DNA of 64,000 nucleotides, taken from NCBI GenBank assembly GCA_965240325.2, contig OZ251225.1, positions 2,728,001 through 2,792,000 on the forward strand, in the 5' to 3' direction. Positions 10,931-19,997 of this stretch are shown here, one piece after another. Origin of the DNA: Rebecca billardiae RCC1528 (taxonomy: Eukaryota; Protista; Haptophyta). Below the pieces are notes generated by a model that was not told where the DNA came from, made no database searches, and saw only the letters and a program-made list of their open reading frames with translations. Numbering within the stretch: position 1 is the stretch's first letter; every line of letters begins with the position of its first letter. The position numbers and the translations under genes were made by a program.

Positions 10931-11467
10931 CGATATTGAATTCGCGTCGTATACTGTAGTTCAATCGTGCGTGATATCACAGAATTCACAGGTCAGTCAT
11001 CAGCGGCGCGCATCGTCGTCATCATCATTCATCATCATATGATTCATCATGTAGTTAATCATCATGATAGATCATCGTCGTCGTCACGCTCACGAAGCAT
11101 ACGTGCATGATGAATAATGAACCGTCTTAGCAGTACCGTTGTCAGGTAGTCAGCACGAATGACTCGGCTACGATACGCGAGATATGATATGACGCGACGC
11201 AATGATGATGATGACTAAGCTGTACTGCTGATATGTGGCCAGCATCGTCAGTTATCGGTATCAGGCGGCTGTCATATATCCGCATCTTGATCTGATGATG
11301 CTACAGCTTGCTGAGTCTGACGCCTGCCCGTTGCATGCCACGACGACGTTCAGTGAATGTATCCGCATCAAGTTCAAAGTCATCAGAATCGTCATATCAT
11401 CGTTAGTAGCCGCCGTCTTCTTTTTGCTGCAGACAAATCATTGTCGTGAGGTCGATCTGATGATCAT

Positions 11468-11794
11468 TGTCAAAGGGTGAAGAGAGCGACAGGGCCGTGA
11501 GGCCCGAGAGCGTGACGAGGGGGGCGAGGATGCCCCGAGGGACGGATGTTCGACTGATGCAATGCGAAGCGGTACGAACTGAACGAGCCGGTCACTAGGG
11601 GGGCATCCGACAGTCCTAGGACCGTGTAGGAGGCACTGATAGCCATCAACGGGTAAGTCGTGAAATGAACCATGATGGGAGTAAGTGTGATGCCGACCTG
11701 ATAATGAGAGTCGGCGTATGTGGTGTCCAGTGACGGTTGGTGATCCGGGTGTGTACGCACAGGAGAGCGAGTCCGGTAACGTTGGATCTTGACA
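11468..11794 (-). repeat. 3' LTR of the copia element
   Basis: No difference from 17817-18143 found by eye. TG...CA termini. Confidence 0.95.
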
Positions 11795-11803
11795 CCCCCA
11801 CCC
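11795..11803 (-). promoter_or_regulatory. Polypurine tract (GGGTGGGGG on -)
   Basis: G-rich run immediately before the 3' LTR on the - strand. Confidence 0.8.
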
Positions 11804-12060
11804 AATCGCAGCGGTGGTCGTACGAAACCTGGTCGACCCGAAGGGACTGGGTGTAGACGTGTGACCATCGTGTGATTGTAGATGATGCGATGTTGCCGTA
11901 TGGGATGCATGCGTCGGAGCGGTTGTCCGAGTAGACGATGTAGAAGTCGGGCGAGTCGGTGCCGGCAGCGTCTCCGTTCAGAAGAGACAGCGTGAGGTCA
12001 ATGTGCGTCCGACGAGCGGCGACCGATGTAGCACTGGGACTTCGTGTGTGCGGCGAGGCC

Positions 12061-15000
12061 TTACATGCCCAGGATCTGAGCACGAAGTTTGAGGAAGGCG
12101 GCCGAGCCGAGCGGCTTGGTCATGATGTCGGCCGGGTTCTCGGTGCCGGGGATCAAGAAGAGCTTGAAGGTGCCGGCGCGGGCGTGCTGACGGTTCCAGT
12201 GGTACTGGATGTCGATGTGCTTGGTGCGGTTGTGGTACTTCTCGTTGTCCGTGAGGTCCACCACCGCCTTGTTGTCCTCGAAGAGCTTGGTCGGCGCGAG
12301 CTGCGGGTAGCCGAGGTCGGTGAGCAGCTTGCGCATGAAGATGATCTCCTTGCCGGCGGAGGTGACGGCCATGTACTCAGCTTCGGTCGAGCTCAGAGCC
12401 GTCGTGCGCTGCTTCTCGCGGCGGCCGCTCACCGTCGAGCCGCAGAGGTGCATCACGTAGCCGGTGACAGACTTGCGCTCGTCGTGGAGGTCGTTGGCGT
12501 AGTCGGCGTCCACGTACGCGATGAGCGTGACGTCCGAGCCCGAGCGGAAGAAGAGGCCGTGGTTCGGCGTGCCGGCGAGGTAGCGGATGACGCGCTTGGC
12601 AGCCTCGAGGTGCTTCTTGCCCGGCTTGGACATGAAGTGGGTGAGCGTGCCGACGGCGTAGGCGATGTCCGGGCGAAACTGCGTGATGTGGATGAGCGAG
12701 CCGACCACGGAGCGGAAGAACGTCGTCGTCTCCGCGTCGAGCGCGTCTGACTCGGAGCACGGGCCGAGCTTGAGGCCCTCGGTCATCGGCGTGTCGGACG
12801 TGTTGCAGTTCATGAAGCCCGTCTTCTCGAGGAGCTCGAGGATGTTCTTGGTGACGGTCACCATGATGCCGTCCTTGGATCGCGTGAGCGTGGCCGACAG
12901 GTAGCCGTCGATGTCGGCCGTGATGGTCATCTTGTACGAGGATGTGATCTTCGAGATGAAGTTGTCGCAGGCGGTCGGGTCGTCGCTGTCGTCGAGGATG
13001 AGCATGTCGTCCACGTAGATGCACACGGCGATGATGCCCGACTGCGTGTTGAGGACATAGAGGCACGGGTCGGCCTGGCTCTGCGCGAACCCGTACTCCT
13101 TCATCCAGTCGTCGATCATGAGACGCCAGTTGCGGCCGGACTGCTTGAGACCGTAGAGGCTCTTGAGGAGGCGCAGCACGACGTCGCCCTTCGTCTTCGG
13201 CTTGTACCCGAGCGGCAGCTCGAGGTAGATCTCGTAGTCGATCGGCGCGTTGAGGTACGCCGTCGTGAAGTCGCCGTGGAAGAGGCGGCGCTGCTTGGCC
13301 GCGGCGATGGCGATGATCATCTTGAGGGTCTCGTAGCGGACGACCGAGGAGAAGGTCTCGTCGTAGTCGATGCCCTCGATCTGCGTGAAGCCCTTGCCCA
13401 CGACGCGGGCCTTGAACCGCTTGATGTTGCCCTTCTTGTCGCGCTTGATGTTGAACACGGGCGCCGCCTTCAGCGTGCGCATCCCCGGCTTGCGCGGCAC
13501 CTCCACCCACGTGTCGTTGGCCAGGATGGAGGCGTACTCGGCGTCGAGAGCGGCGGCGAACTGCGTCGCATGCGGGCCGCTGAGTGCTTGCACCGCCGTC
13601 GGCGTGTCCGAGAGTCCGATGGCGAGCAGGAGCGCGTAGATGCGCGGCAGCTTGGAGTAAGTCGGCGACGCGACCGAGTTGACGTGTGCGCGCGCGCGCG
13701 TGCGAGATGAGGGCGGGTCGTCGTCGTTGAGCGCGTTGCCGACATCGAGGGAGTCCTCGGCGCCGGCGGCGTCGTCGTCAGCGTCTCCGACGTAGGCGTG
13801 CGGTGCGTCCCCCACCCGCTCAGCGTGTCCGAATGCGCCGGCGCCATCGCGGCGCCGGACGGCGCCGTGGGAACTTCCCCCATTACCCACATCGGCAGCA
13901 TGGAGGTCGAGCGGCGGCGGCGTCGGCGGCAGCTGCGGCGCGGCGGCGAGCGGGTCGCGCGCGATGTGAGCGGCGTCGGGGTGGTCGACGTAGAGCGTGT
14001 CCTCGTCGAAGCGCACGTGGTGCGAGATGATGAACATGTCCGGGACGATCTGGCCGTCGCCGGGCACGCGCACGATGATCGCCTTCGTGTAGCGCGTGCG
14101 GTTCTTGGGCGGGACGTTCACCATGTGGCCGTCGTCGCCGTGGCCGACGTAGACGCCCATGACGGCGCGCGGGTCGAGCTTCTTGAAGTGCGTGTTCGGC
14201 GGCACGACGTAGGCGACGCAGCCGAAGACACGCAGCTGAGCGAGATCTGGCGGGAAGCCGCGCAGCAGCTCGAACGGCGTCTTGTCGAACGTCACCGGCG
14301 TGGCGATGCGGCGGATGATGTACGCGGCGTGGCGCAGCGCGTCCTTGGCGTAGGCGTCGATGCGCAGCTTGGAGTGGAACAGGATCGAGCGCGCCGCGTT
14401 GAAGAGCGTCTGGATGAAGCGCTCGGCGATCGGGTTGTGCTGCGGCGTGTCGGGCGGCGTGACCTGGTTGGGGGCGATGCCGTGGGCGCGGCAGATGCCC
14501 TCCCAGTCGGTCGAGTTGAGCTCGGGGGCGCCGTCGACGCGGAAGCGGCTGACGGTGTGGCCGTAGACCGACATGTCGTCGATGAAGCGTCGCATCGCCT
14601 CCGGTGCGTCCGAGCGGCGGTCGAGGAAGTAGATGAAGCCGGCCCGGGTGTAGTCGTCGACAAACACGATCACGTAGAACTTGGCAAAATCGTCCGGGTT
14701 CACGATGAACTTGCCGTCGACGTAGCCGGCGACGTCGACATGGACGAGCACGAACGCCTTCTCCGAGCGGGGCGACGTGGACGTGAACGAGTTGCGCTTC
14801 ATCTTGGCGAGCGCGCACGAGCAGTCCGACTTGAGGTTGCGCGCGCCGAGGTGCTTGGATGCGGCGAGCGTGCGGTTGACGGCAGCGGCGTGAGCGTGGC
14901 CGAGCCGGAGGTGAGCGACGCGCGAGAGCTCGTCGGTGTCCTTGAACTCGACGCAGCACTCGTCGCAGAACGTGTCGTCGTCCGGCGCAAGGTCGGCGGT

Positions 15001-17817
15001 CTGCGAGGCCTGGTCCATGGTCACGATGACGAGAGCGCCGTCGGACGTGGGCGGCTGCGCCGGCGGCGGCGGCAGCGAGGACTGGAGCGGGGCGGGCGGC
15101 ACGTGGAGGCCGGACGCGGCGATGGTGGGCGACGGCGAGTCGTCGTCCGGGATGAAGACGGCGCATGCGAGATCGCGGCCGTGCAGAGGAACGAGCTTGT
15201 CGCCGTACAGCAGGTACCGGCCGCCCTGCGCGTGGATCGGGGTGGCGCCGGACATGAAGGTGGTCGGCGCCGCGAGCGAGATGAACGAGATGCCGAGGCG
15301 GGTCAGCCAAGTGTCGCTCATGTAGAAGCCCGGGACGTCTGGAGAGAGCGGGACGTCCATGAGCGGCAGCGTGATGAGGTCGCCGTCGATCGAGCGCATG
15401 CCGAGGGCGAACGAGGCCGAGGTGTTGATCTTGATCCGCGTGCCGTTCGCCGCGCGCGCCTCCGAGAACTGGCGGAAGGACTTGGCGGCAAACCGAGAGA
15501 ACGCGGTCGAGGCGATGGTGGTGTCCGCGCCGGTGTCGATCATGATCGAGATGCTCGCCTGGGCGATGTCGCCTGTGAACGGCGTGCCGATGGCGAAGGA
15601 GATCGTCGAGTGCACGTTCTCAATCTCCTCCGGATCGGCGAGCAACGGCTGCTGGATGCAGGTCGGGTTGATCGGGTCAAACGAGCGGGAGACGCCGCAG
15701 ATGATGGGCGGGCCGGTGCGGGCGCAGCAGGTGACCGCGGTGAGGATCGAGATGATGGCGAGGACGGCGAGCGCGACGAGGAAGAGGAAGGCACCGTGCG
15801 AGGACTTGAAGAGCGCGCGGAGCCGACCCTCGTGCTTGAACCGCGGCGGCGGCGGCTCGTACCGGACGATCAGGTCATCGATGTAGGCGCCGGCGTCACC
15901 GAAAGACCGTGCGCGATGGATCTCGGCCTCGGCCGCGGCGGCTGCGGCGAGGAACTCGTACGGGCTGAGCGTGAGCGGCTCTCCGGCGAGCTGGCCGAGG
16001 TGGCCGAGCGGGTAGGTGTAGTTGCCCGCGGTGGAGACGTCGTCCAGGCTGGGGCAGTCGTCGGACGTGTCCGAGGCCGCGTCCGAAGCCGAGGTCGTGG
16101 ACGAGGGAGTGCACGGGACAAGGTCCGGCAGCTCATCGTCCGTCTCCGAGGCCGAGTCGGAGGCGGAGTCGTCGCGGTCGTCCGGGGGGTTGGCGAGACG
16201 GAACGGCTTGAGGTGGAACGGCTCGTAGGAGGCGGGCTTGCGGATGGACTGGCGCAACGCCATGATGAGCACATTCTGGCCGCGCTCGAGCTCGGCCGCC
16301 GTCGCGAGCTGGATCGGGGAGCCGGCCTCAGACGCCGGCGGCGACGGCGAGTCGACCTGCGTCGGCGGCGACGGCGGGCCGAAGGGCGGCGGCGGCGAGC
16401 TGGCCTGCGTCGGCGGGTCGAACAGCGGCGGCGGCGGCGAGTAGAGCGCCGGCTGCTGGTCGATGAGCGACAGCGCCGGCTGCTGCGAGTCGGCGGGCGG
16501 CGGCAGCGGCGGCGTGTTGGTGAGCGCCGGCTGCGAGTTGGAGTGCGCCCGCGACAGCTGCGAGTCGGCGGGCGGCGGCGAGTTGGCGGGCGCCGGCGGC
16601 GGCGGCGGCGCGCCGGCGGGCTGCCGCGACGACGGCGTGAGGACGAGCGTCGGCAGCGAGTTGAAGCGCGCCCGCGACAGCGGCGAGTCGGCGGGCGGCT
16701 GCGAGTTGGCGGGCGGCGGCGGCGGCGCGTCGGCGTCGGTCGCCGCCGGCTGCGAGTTGGGGCCTGACGCCGAGCCCGAGATGGAGATGGCGTTGAGCGT
16801 CGGCGTGCCGTCCTGGATGAGCCGCACGCGCGTCGTGGTCGCCGACGGCTTCGCCCGCTGCGGCGTCGGCTGCGGCTGCGACTGCGAGGGCGCGGAGGGC
16901 ACGCGCTGGAGCTTGTTGGACTTGTGAGTCGGGCGGCGCGCGCCGCCGGAGCGAGCGTCGGCTGCGGGCGTCGCGCCCGAGGAGCGCGAGGTGGACGTCT
17001 GGGGGCGGTTCGGGCAGTCGCGGTTCCAGTGCATGCCGCCGCAGTACTTGCACGGGGTAGGAGGCATGGATGCGCCGGGCTGGCCCTTGGAGGTGAGCGC
17101 GTTGACGGCCTGGCGGTTGGGGTTCGTGCCGTTGGCGGCGGCGGCGACGCGGTCGAGATCGTGCACGCGCTCGATGAGATCCTCCACCGAGATGGGCTGG
17201 TCGTTCATCGTCGCGATCACCGAGCTGACGAAGGACGGGTTGCGGCCGTAGAGGTTCACGAGGATCACGACGAGCGTGAAGATGTCGTCCTTGATCTCGA
17301 CGCCGCGCAGCTCCGTGGCGTTGGACATCACGCGGGCAGCAAAGGCGTGGAAGCTCTCGCTCGGCGACAGTTTGATCGAGAGCAGGGCGTACAGCTTGGC
17401 GACGAGCGAGGAGGGGCGGGAGCTGTTGCAGCGCACGTTGAGCGCGTTGACGAGATGAGACAGCTCGAGCCCGAGACCCGAGTGCTGCAACTGCGCGATG
17501 ATCGGGTCGAGGATGCGAGGAGCGACCGCCTTGAGAAGCAACTGCACGATGAAAGCCTGCGTGCGCAGCTGCTTGGCCTGGATGGTGGCGGCGGCGGTGG
17601 ACGGGGGGCAGACGATGGGCTTGTCCGCGCCGGTATCGTCCTTGCCCGGCTCGAGGGGCGAGGACGGGTTGGAGAACGCGAGCGCGACGTCCATGTCCGG
17701 CTTCGACGTGACCATGACCACAAGAACGGAGATGGCCGTGCGGAGGTCCTGCGGCTTGAGGACGAGAGCTCGCGGCGGGAGCTGGTCACGCATGTCGCCA
17801 CCCGGCGGCTCCGCCAT
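12061..17817 (-). CDS. Copia gag-pol polyprotein (up to 1918 aa)
   Basis: Zn knuckle CKYCGGMHWNRDC; protease IDTGA; HLRLGH..CSC; integrase VHVDV, VDDYTR, RVDGAPE, NPIAER; RT KARVVGKGFTQIEGIDY, LYGLKQSGRNW, YVDD; RNase H DADYA, SSTEAEY, EDNK, RTKHID, ADIMTK. The order IN-RT-RH is copia. The true start may be the second Met (~17793). Confidence 0.96.
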   Translation of the reverse strand: MAEPPGGDMRDQLPPRALVLKPQDLRTAISVLVVMVTSKPDMDVALAFSNPSSPLEPGKDDTGADKPIVCPPSTAAATIQAKQLRTQAFIVQLLLKAVAPRILDPIIAQLQHSGLGLELSHLVNALNVRCNSSRPSSLVAKLYALLSIKLSPSESFHAFAARVMSNATELRGVEIKDDIFTLVVILVNLYGRNPSFVSSVIATMNDQPISVEDLIERVHDLDRVAAAANGTNPNRQAVNALTSKGQPGASMPPTPCKYCGGMHWNRDCPNRPQTSTSRSSGATPAADARSGGARRPTHKSNKLQRVPSAPSQSQPQPTPQRAKPSATTTRVRLIQDGTPTLNAISISGSASGPNSQPAATDADAPPPPPANSQPPADSPLSRARFNSLPTLVLTPSSRQPAGAPPPPPAPANSPPPADSQLSRAHSNSQPALTNTPPLPPPADSQQPALSLIDQQPALYSPPPPLFDPPTQASSPPPPFGPPSPPTQVDSPSPPASEAGSPIQLATAAELERGQNVLIMALRQSIRKPASYEPFHLKPFRLANPPDDRDDSASDSASETDDELPDLVPCTPSSTTSASDAASDTSDDCPSLDDVSTAGNYTYPLGHLGQLAGEPLTLSPYEFLAAAAAAEAEIHRARSFGDAGAYIDDLIVRYEPPPPRFKHEGRLRALFKSSHGAFLFLVALAVLAIISILTAVTCCARTGPPIICGVSRSFDPINPTCIQQPLLADPEEIENVHSTISFAIGTPFTGDIAQASISIMIDTGADTTIASTAFSRFAAKSFRQFSEARAANGTRIKINTSASFALGMRSIDGDLITLPLMDVPLSPDVPGFYMSDTWLTRLGISFISLAAPTTFMSGATPIHAQGGRYLLYGDKLVPLHGRDLACAVFIPDDDSPSPTIAASGLHVPPAPLQSSLPPPPAQPPTSDGALVIVTMDQASQTADLAPDDDTFCDECCVEFKDTDELSRVAHLRLGHAHAAAVNRTLAASKHLGARNLKSDCSCALAKMKRNSFTSTSPRSEKAFVLVHVDVAGYVDGKFIVNPDDFAKFYVIVFVDDYTRAGFIYFLDRRSDAPEAMRRFIDDMSVYGHTVSRFRVDGAPELNSTDWEGICRAHGIAPNQVTPPDTPQHNPIAERFIQTLFNAARSILFHSKLRIDAYAKDALRHAAYIIRRIATPVTFDKTPFELLRGFPPDLAQLRVFGCVAYVVPPNTHFKKLDPRAVMGVYVGHGDDGHMVNVPPKNRTRYTKAIIVRVPGDGQIVPDMFIISHHVRFDEDTLYVDHPDAAHIARDPLAAAPQLPPTPPPLDLHAADVGNGGSSHGAVRRRDGAGAFGHAERVGDAPHAYVGDADDDAAGAEDSLDVGNALNDDDPPSSRTRARAHVNSVASPTYSKLPRIYALLLAIGLSDTPTAVQALSGPHATQFAAALDAEYASILANDTWVEVPRKPGMRTLKAAPVFNIKRDKKGNIKRFKARVVGKGFTQIEGIDYDETFSSVVRYETLKMIIAIAAAKQRRLFHGDFTTAYLNAPIDYEIYLELPLGYKPKTKGDVVLRLLKSLYGLKQSGRNWRLMIDDWMKEYGFAQSQADPCLYVLNTQSGIIAVCIYVDDMLILDDSDDPTACDNFISKITSSYKMTITADIDGYLSATLTRSKDGIMVTVTKNILELLEKTGFMNCNTSDTPMTEGLKLGPCSESDALDAETTTFFRSVVGSLIHITQFRPDIAYAVGTLTHFMSKPGKKHLEAAKRVIRYLAGTPNHGLFFRSGSDVTLIAYVDADYANDLHDERKSVTGYVMHLCGSTVSGRREKQRTTALSSTEAEYMAVTSAGKEIIFMRKLLTDLGYPQLAPTKLFEDNKAVVDLTDNEKYHNRTKHIDIQYHWNRQHARAGTFKLFLIPGTENPADIMTKPLGSAAFLKLRAQILGM
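17801..17816 (-). promoter_or_regulatory. Primer-binding site TGGCGGAGCCGCCGGG
   Basis: Starts with TGG directly after the 5' LTR. Its complement CCCGGCGGCTCCGCCA has the form of a tRNA 3' end. Confidence 0.7.
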
Positions 17818-18143
17818 GTCAAAGGGTGAAGAGAGCGACAGGGCCGTGAGGCCCGAGAGCGTGACGAGGGGGGCGAGGATGCCCCGAGGGACGGATGTTC
17901 GACTGATGCAATGCGAAGCGGTACGAACTGAACGAGCCGGTCACTAGGGGGGCATCCGACAGTCCTAGGACCGTGTAGGAGGCACTGATAGCCATCAACG
18001 GGTAAGTCGTGAAATGAACCATGATGGGAGTAAGTGTGATGCCGACCTGATAATGAGAGTCGGCGTATGTGGTGTCCAGTGACGGTTGGTGATCCGGGTG
18101 TGTACGCACAGGAGAGCGAGTCCGGTAACGTTGGATCTTGACA
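17817..18143 (-). repeat. 5' LTR of the copia element
   Basis: No difference from 11468-11794 found by eye. Confidence 0.95.
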
Positions 18144-18448
18144 ATCATCATCGCGATGATTGTCGTCGTCGCGTCATAAATCGTAGTCGTCATCTGCTGC
18201 TGCTAGCAGTAGCAGCTAGATATCGTCGTCGTCCTCGTCACGTCCTCATCATCAGATGACTGTCTCAGCATCACTTTAAGGACATATGAGCATATATATA
18301 TATATATATCTTTCTAAGCTGCATCATGTCCGCATGTCGTCGTATCATCATTATTATTTATTTATTGCTGATGAACAGCATCAATGATACAATGACGACG
18401 GTCGATCGCGCAACCGCTGCCCCTGCGCGCTGTATTAATAGTGATGTC

Positions 18449-18449
<1 letters not shown>

Positions 18450-18530
<81 letters not shown>
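18450..18530. repeat. (TA)n microsatellite, ~40 units
   Basis: Read directly. Confidence 0.95.
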
Positions 18531-18532
<2 letters not shown>

Positions 18533-19801
18533 TGGCCCGCGGTGCAGGGCGGAGCGCGCAGCGTGGAGCCCGCACCAGCGGGCCCGAACCACGTTTCAAA
18601 AAGATCTTTGATCAAGAAAAAAGGGACGGGGGGCGATTTTTAGGGCTGGCGGAGACCGAGTTTCGAGTTTTTGAGATCGCATAGAGAGGTCTATTAGGCC
18701 GAAAAACACCGCATCCACGATATTCCCTAAGTAATAAAGTGCGATCTGGACGTCAGCCGGACGTGACTTTAGCGTAACGGTTCGTTACGAGCGAATCGTA
18801 TTCGTCGTCCCGGATCGCGTGACGTCCGGACTGGGCCACATCCGGATCCGCGGGATCGTCGGAGGTGACGTGCCCCGGCACGACTAGTGGCGGATGCGGG
18901 ACGGCGCCTGCACGTGCCTCCGGACCCGCCTCCCGCTTGCTGCTCACGCAGTCAGCTGCGACCGTGGCGCATGATCGCAGAAGCAGTGCCGGCAGTACGG
19001 CCTGCATCAGCTAGTGCCGCGCCGTCGTGGCGCGCGCGGTACGGTTGCGCGTTTGCAGCGCTCGCCGGCTCGGCGACGGCACGCGCGTGCGGCTCAGGTG
19101 TGTCAAATGCGGTCTCGTCGGCGCGCTTTCGCCTGCCACCTCGTGCACCCGTGCCGCCAGTTTCATCGTCTTCATGAGGACTGCTGCTGCTGTCGCCATC
19201 CGCTCTCCATCACCCCGAGTCGCGCGGCGCGCGCGGTAGGCACTAGGGCAGGGCGTACGGTCACTCACCCGTGCAACGGGTCAAGTGGCCAGAGTACGTC
19301 TGGTCGTTGGCTGGCACGAGCCGCAGCGCTAAAGCACCCTGCTGTCACACCCGACTCCTTCAGTACTCCGAGCTCCGCGGCACGACTCACTCGGCACGAT
19401 CGCGGACGGGTCGGATATCCGAGCTGATCAGCCAGAGTTGGACACATAAGTTTGGCAGCTGCTACTAGTAGTAATTCCGATGCCGATGGCACGATCGCGG
19501 ACGGGTCGGATCCGAGCTGATCAGCCAGTTGGACATTTGGCAGCTAGTTGTCAGACGGACGTCCGATTTGACGACCGGTGCCGGGTGCGGTCTCAGGTCC
19601 GCTGCTGTGATTGTGTGAAGTGTGTTAAATGAGTCTCGCGGTCGCGCAGGCAGGGCGACGGTCGGACTAATAGCTTCAGTCATCTCAGAACCGACTTCAA
19701 CTGGCGAACTGCCACTACGGCGGAGAGCCGCGATTGCACGGCCACCGCGGGCCCCCAACTGCGTTGATTCTATGCAGAAAAGGACCGCGGAACGCGGTCA
19801 T
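18531..19801 (+). mobile_element. Non-autonomous Helentron/HINE-like element, family 2
   Basis: 5' subTIR GGCCCGCGGTG at 18534-18544 and its inverse CACCGCGGGCC at 19743-19753. Then CAACTGCGTTG, a terminal hairpin GACCGCG-GAA-CGCGGTC (19783-19799) and AT. Same layout as the 36207 and 55287 elements. Confidence 0.6.
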
Positions 19802-19997
19802 ATACTCGATCAGTATGACCAGCAGCGTGCGCAGCTGCTAACTGATACGCATCAGACTTCATGAGTTCAGACTGTTCAGAGTGCTTTCAGATATGAGTCG
19901 CTCGTGACGATATATCGACTACTGCTGCTGATGAGCCTGATGACCCCCGCCTTGTAGCAAGGCCAAGGGTTCGGCACGACCAACACTGGCAGGCTGC

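Larger units (their letters stand above)
11468..18143 (-). mobile_element. Full-length Ty1/copia LTR retrotransposon
   Basis: 327-bp direct LTRs at 11468-11794 and 17817-18143, each TGTCAA...TTGACA. 5-bp TSD ATCAT at 11463-11467 and 18144-18148. PBS and PPT present. One gag-PR-IN-RT-RH ORF. Confidence 0.97.

Noticed and set aside
11470-12083. ORFs in the 3' LTR and UTR as an env-like gene
   Set aside because: Short, running through LTR sequence, with no TM segment or recognisable domain.
13798-16767. 989-aa plus-strand ORF, and similar long antisense ORFs at 30756-34715, 58897-60360, 60869-62320, 8105-10333 and 24667-26934
   Set aside because: Shadow frames of real genes. Very high GC removes stop codons, and they carry no motifs.
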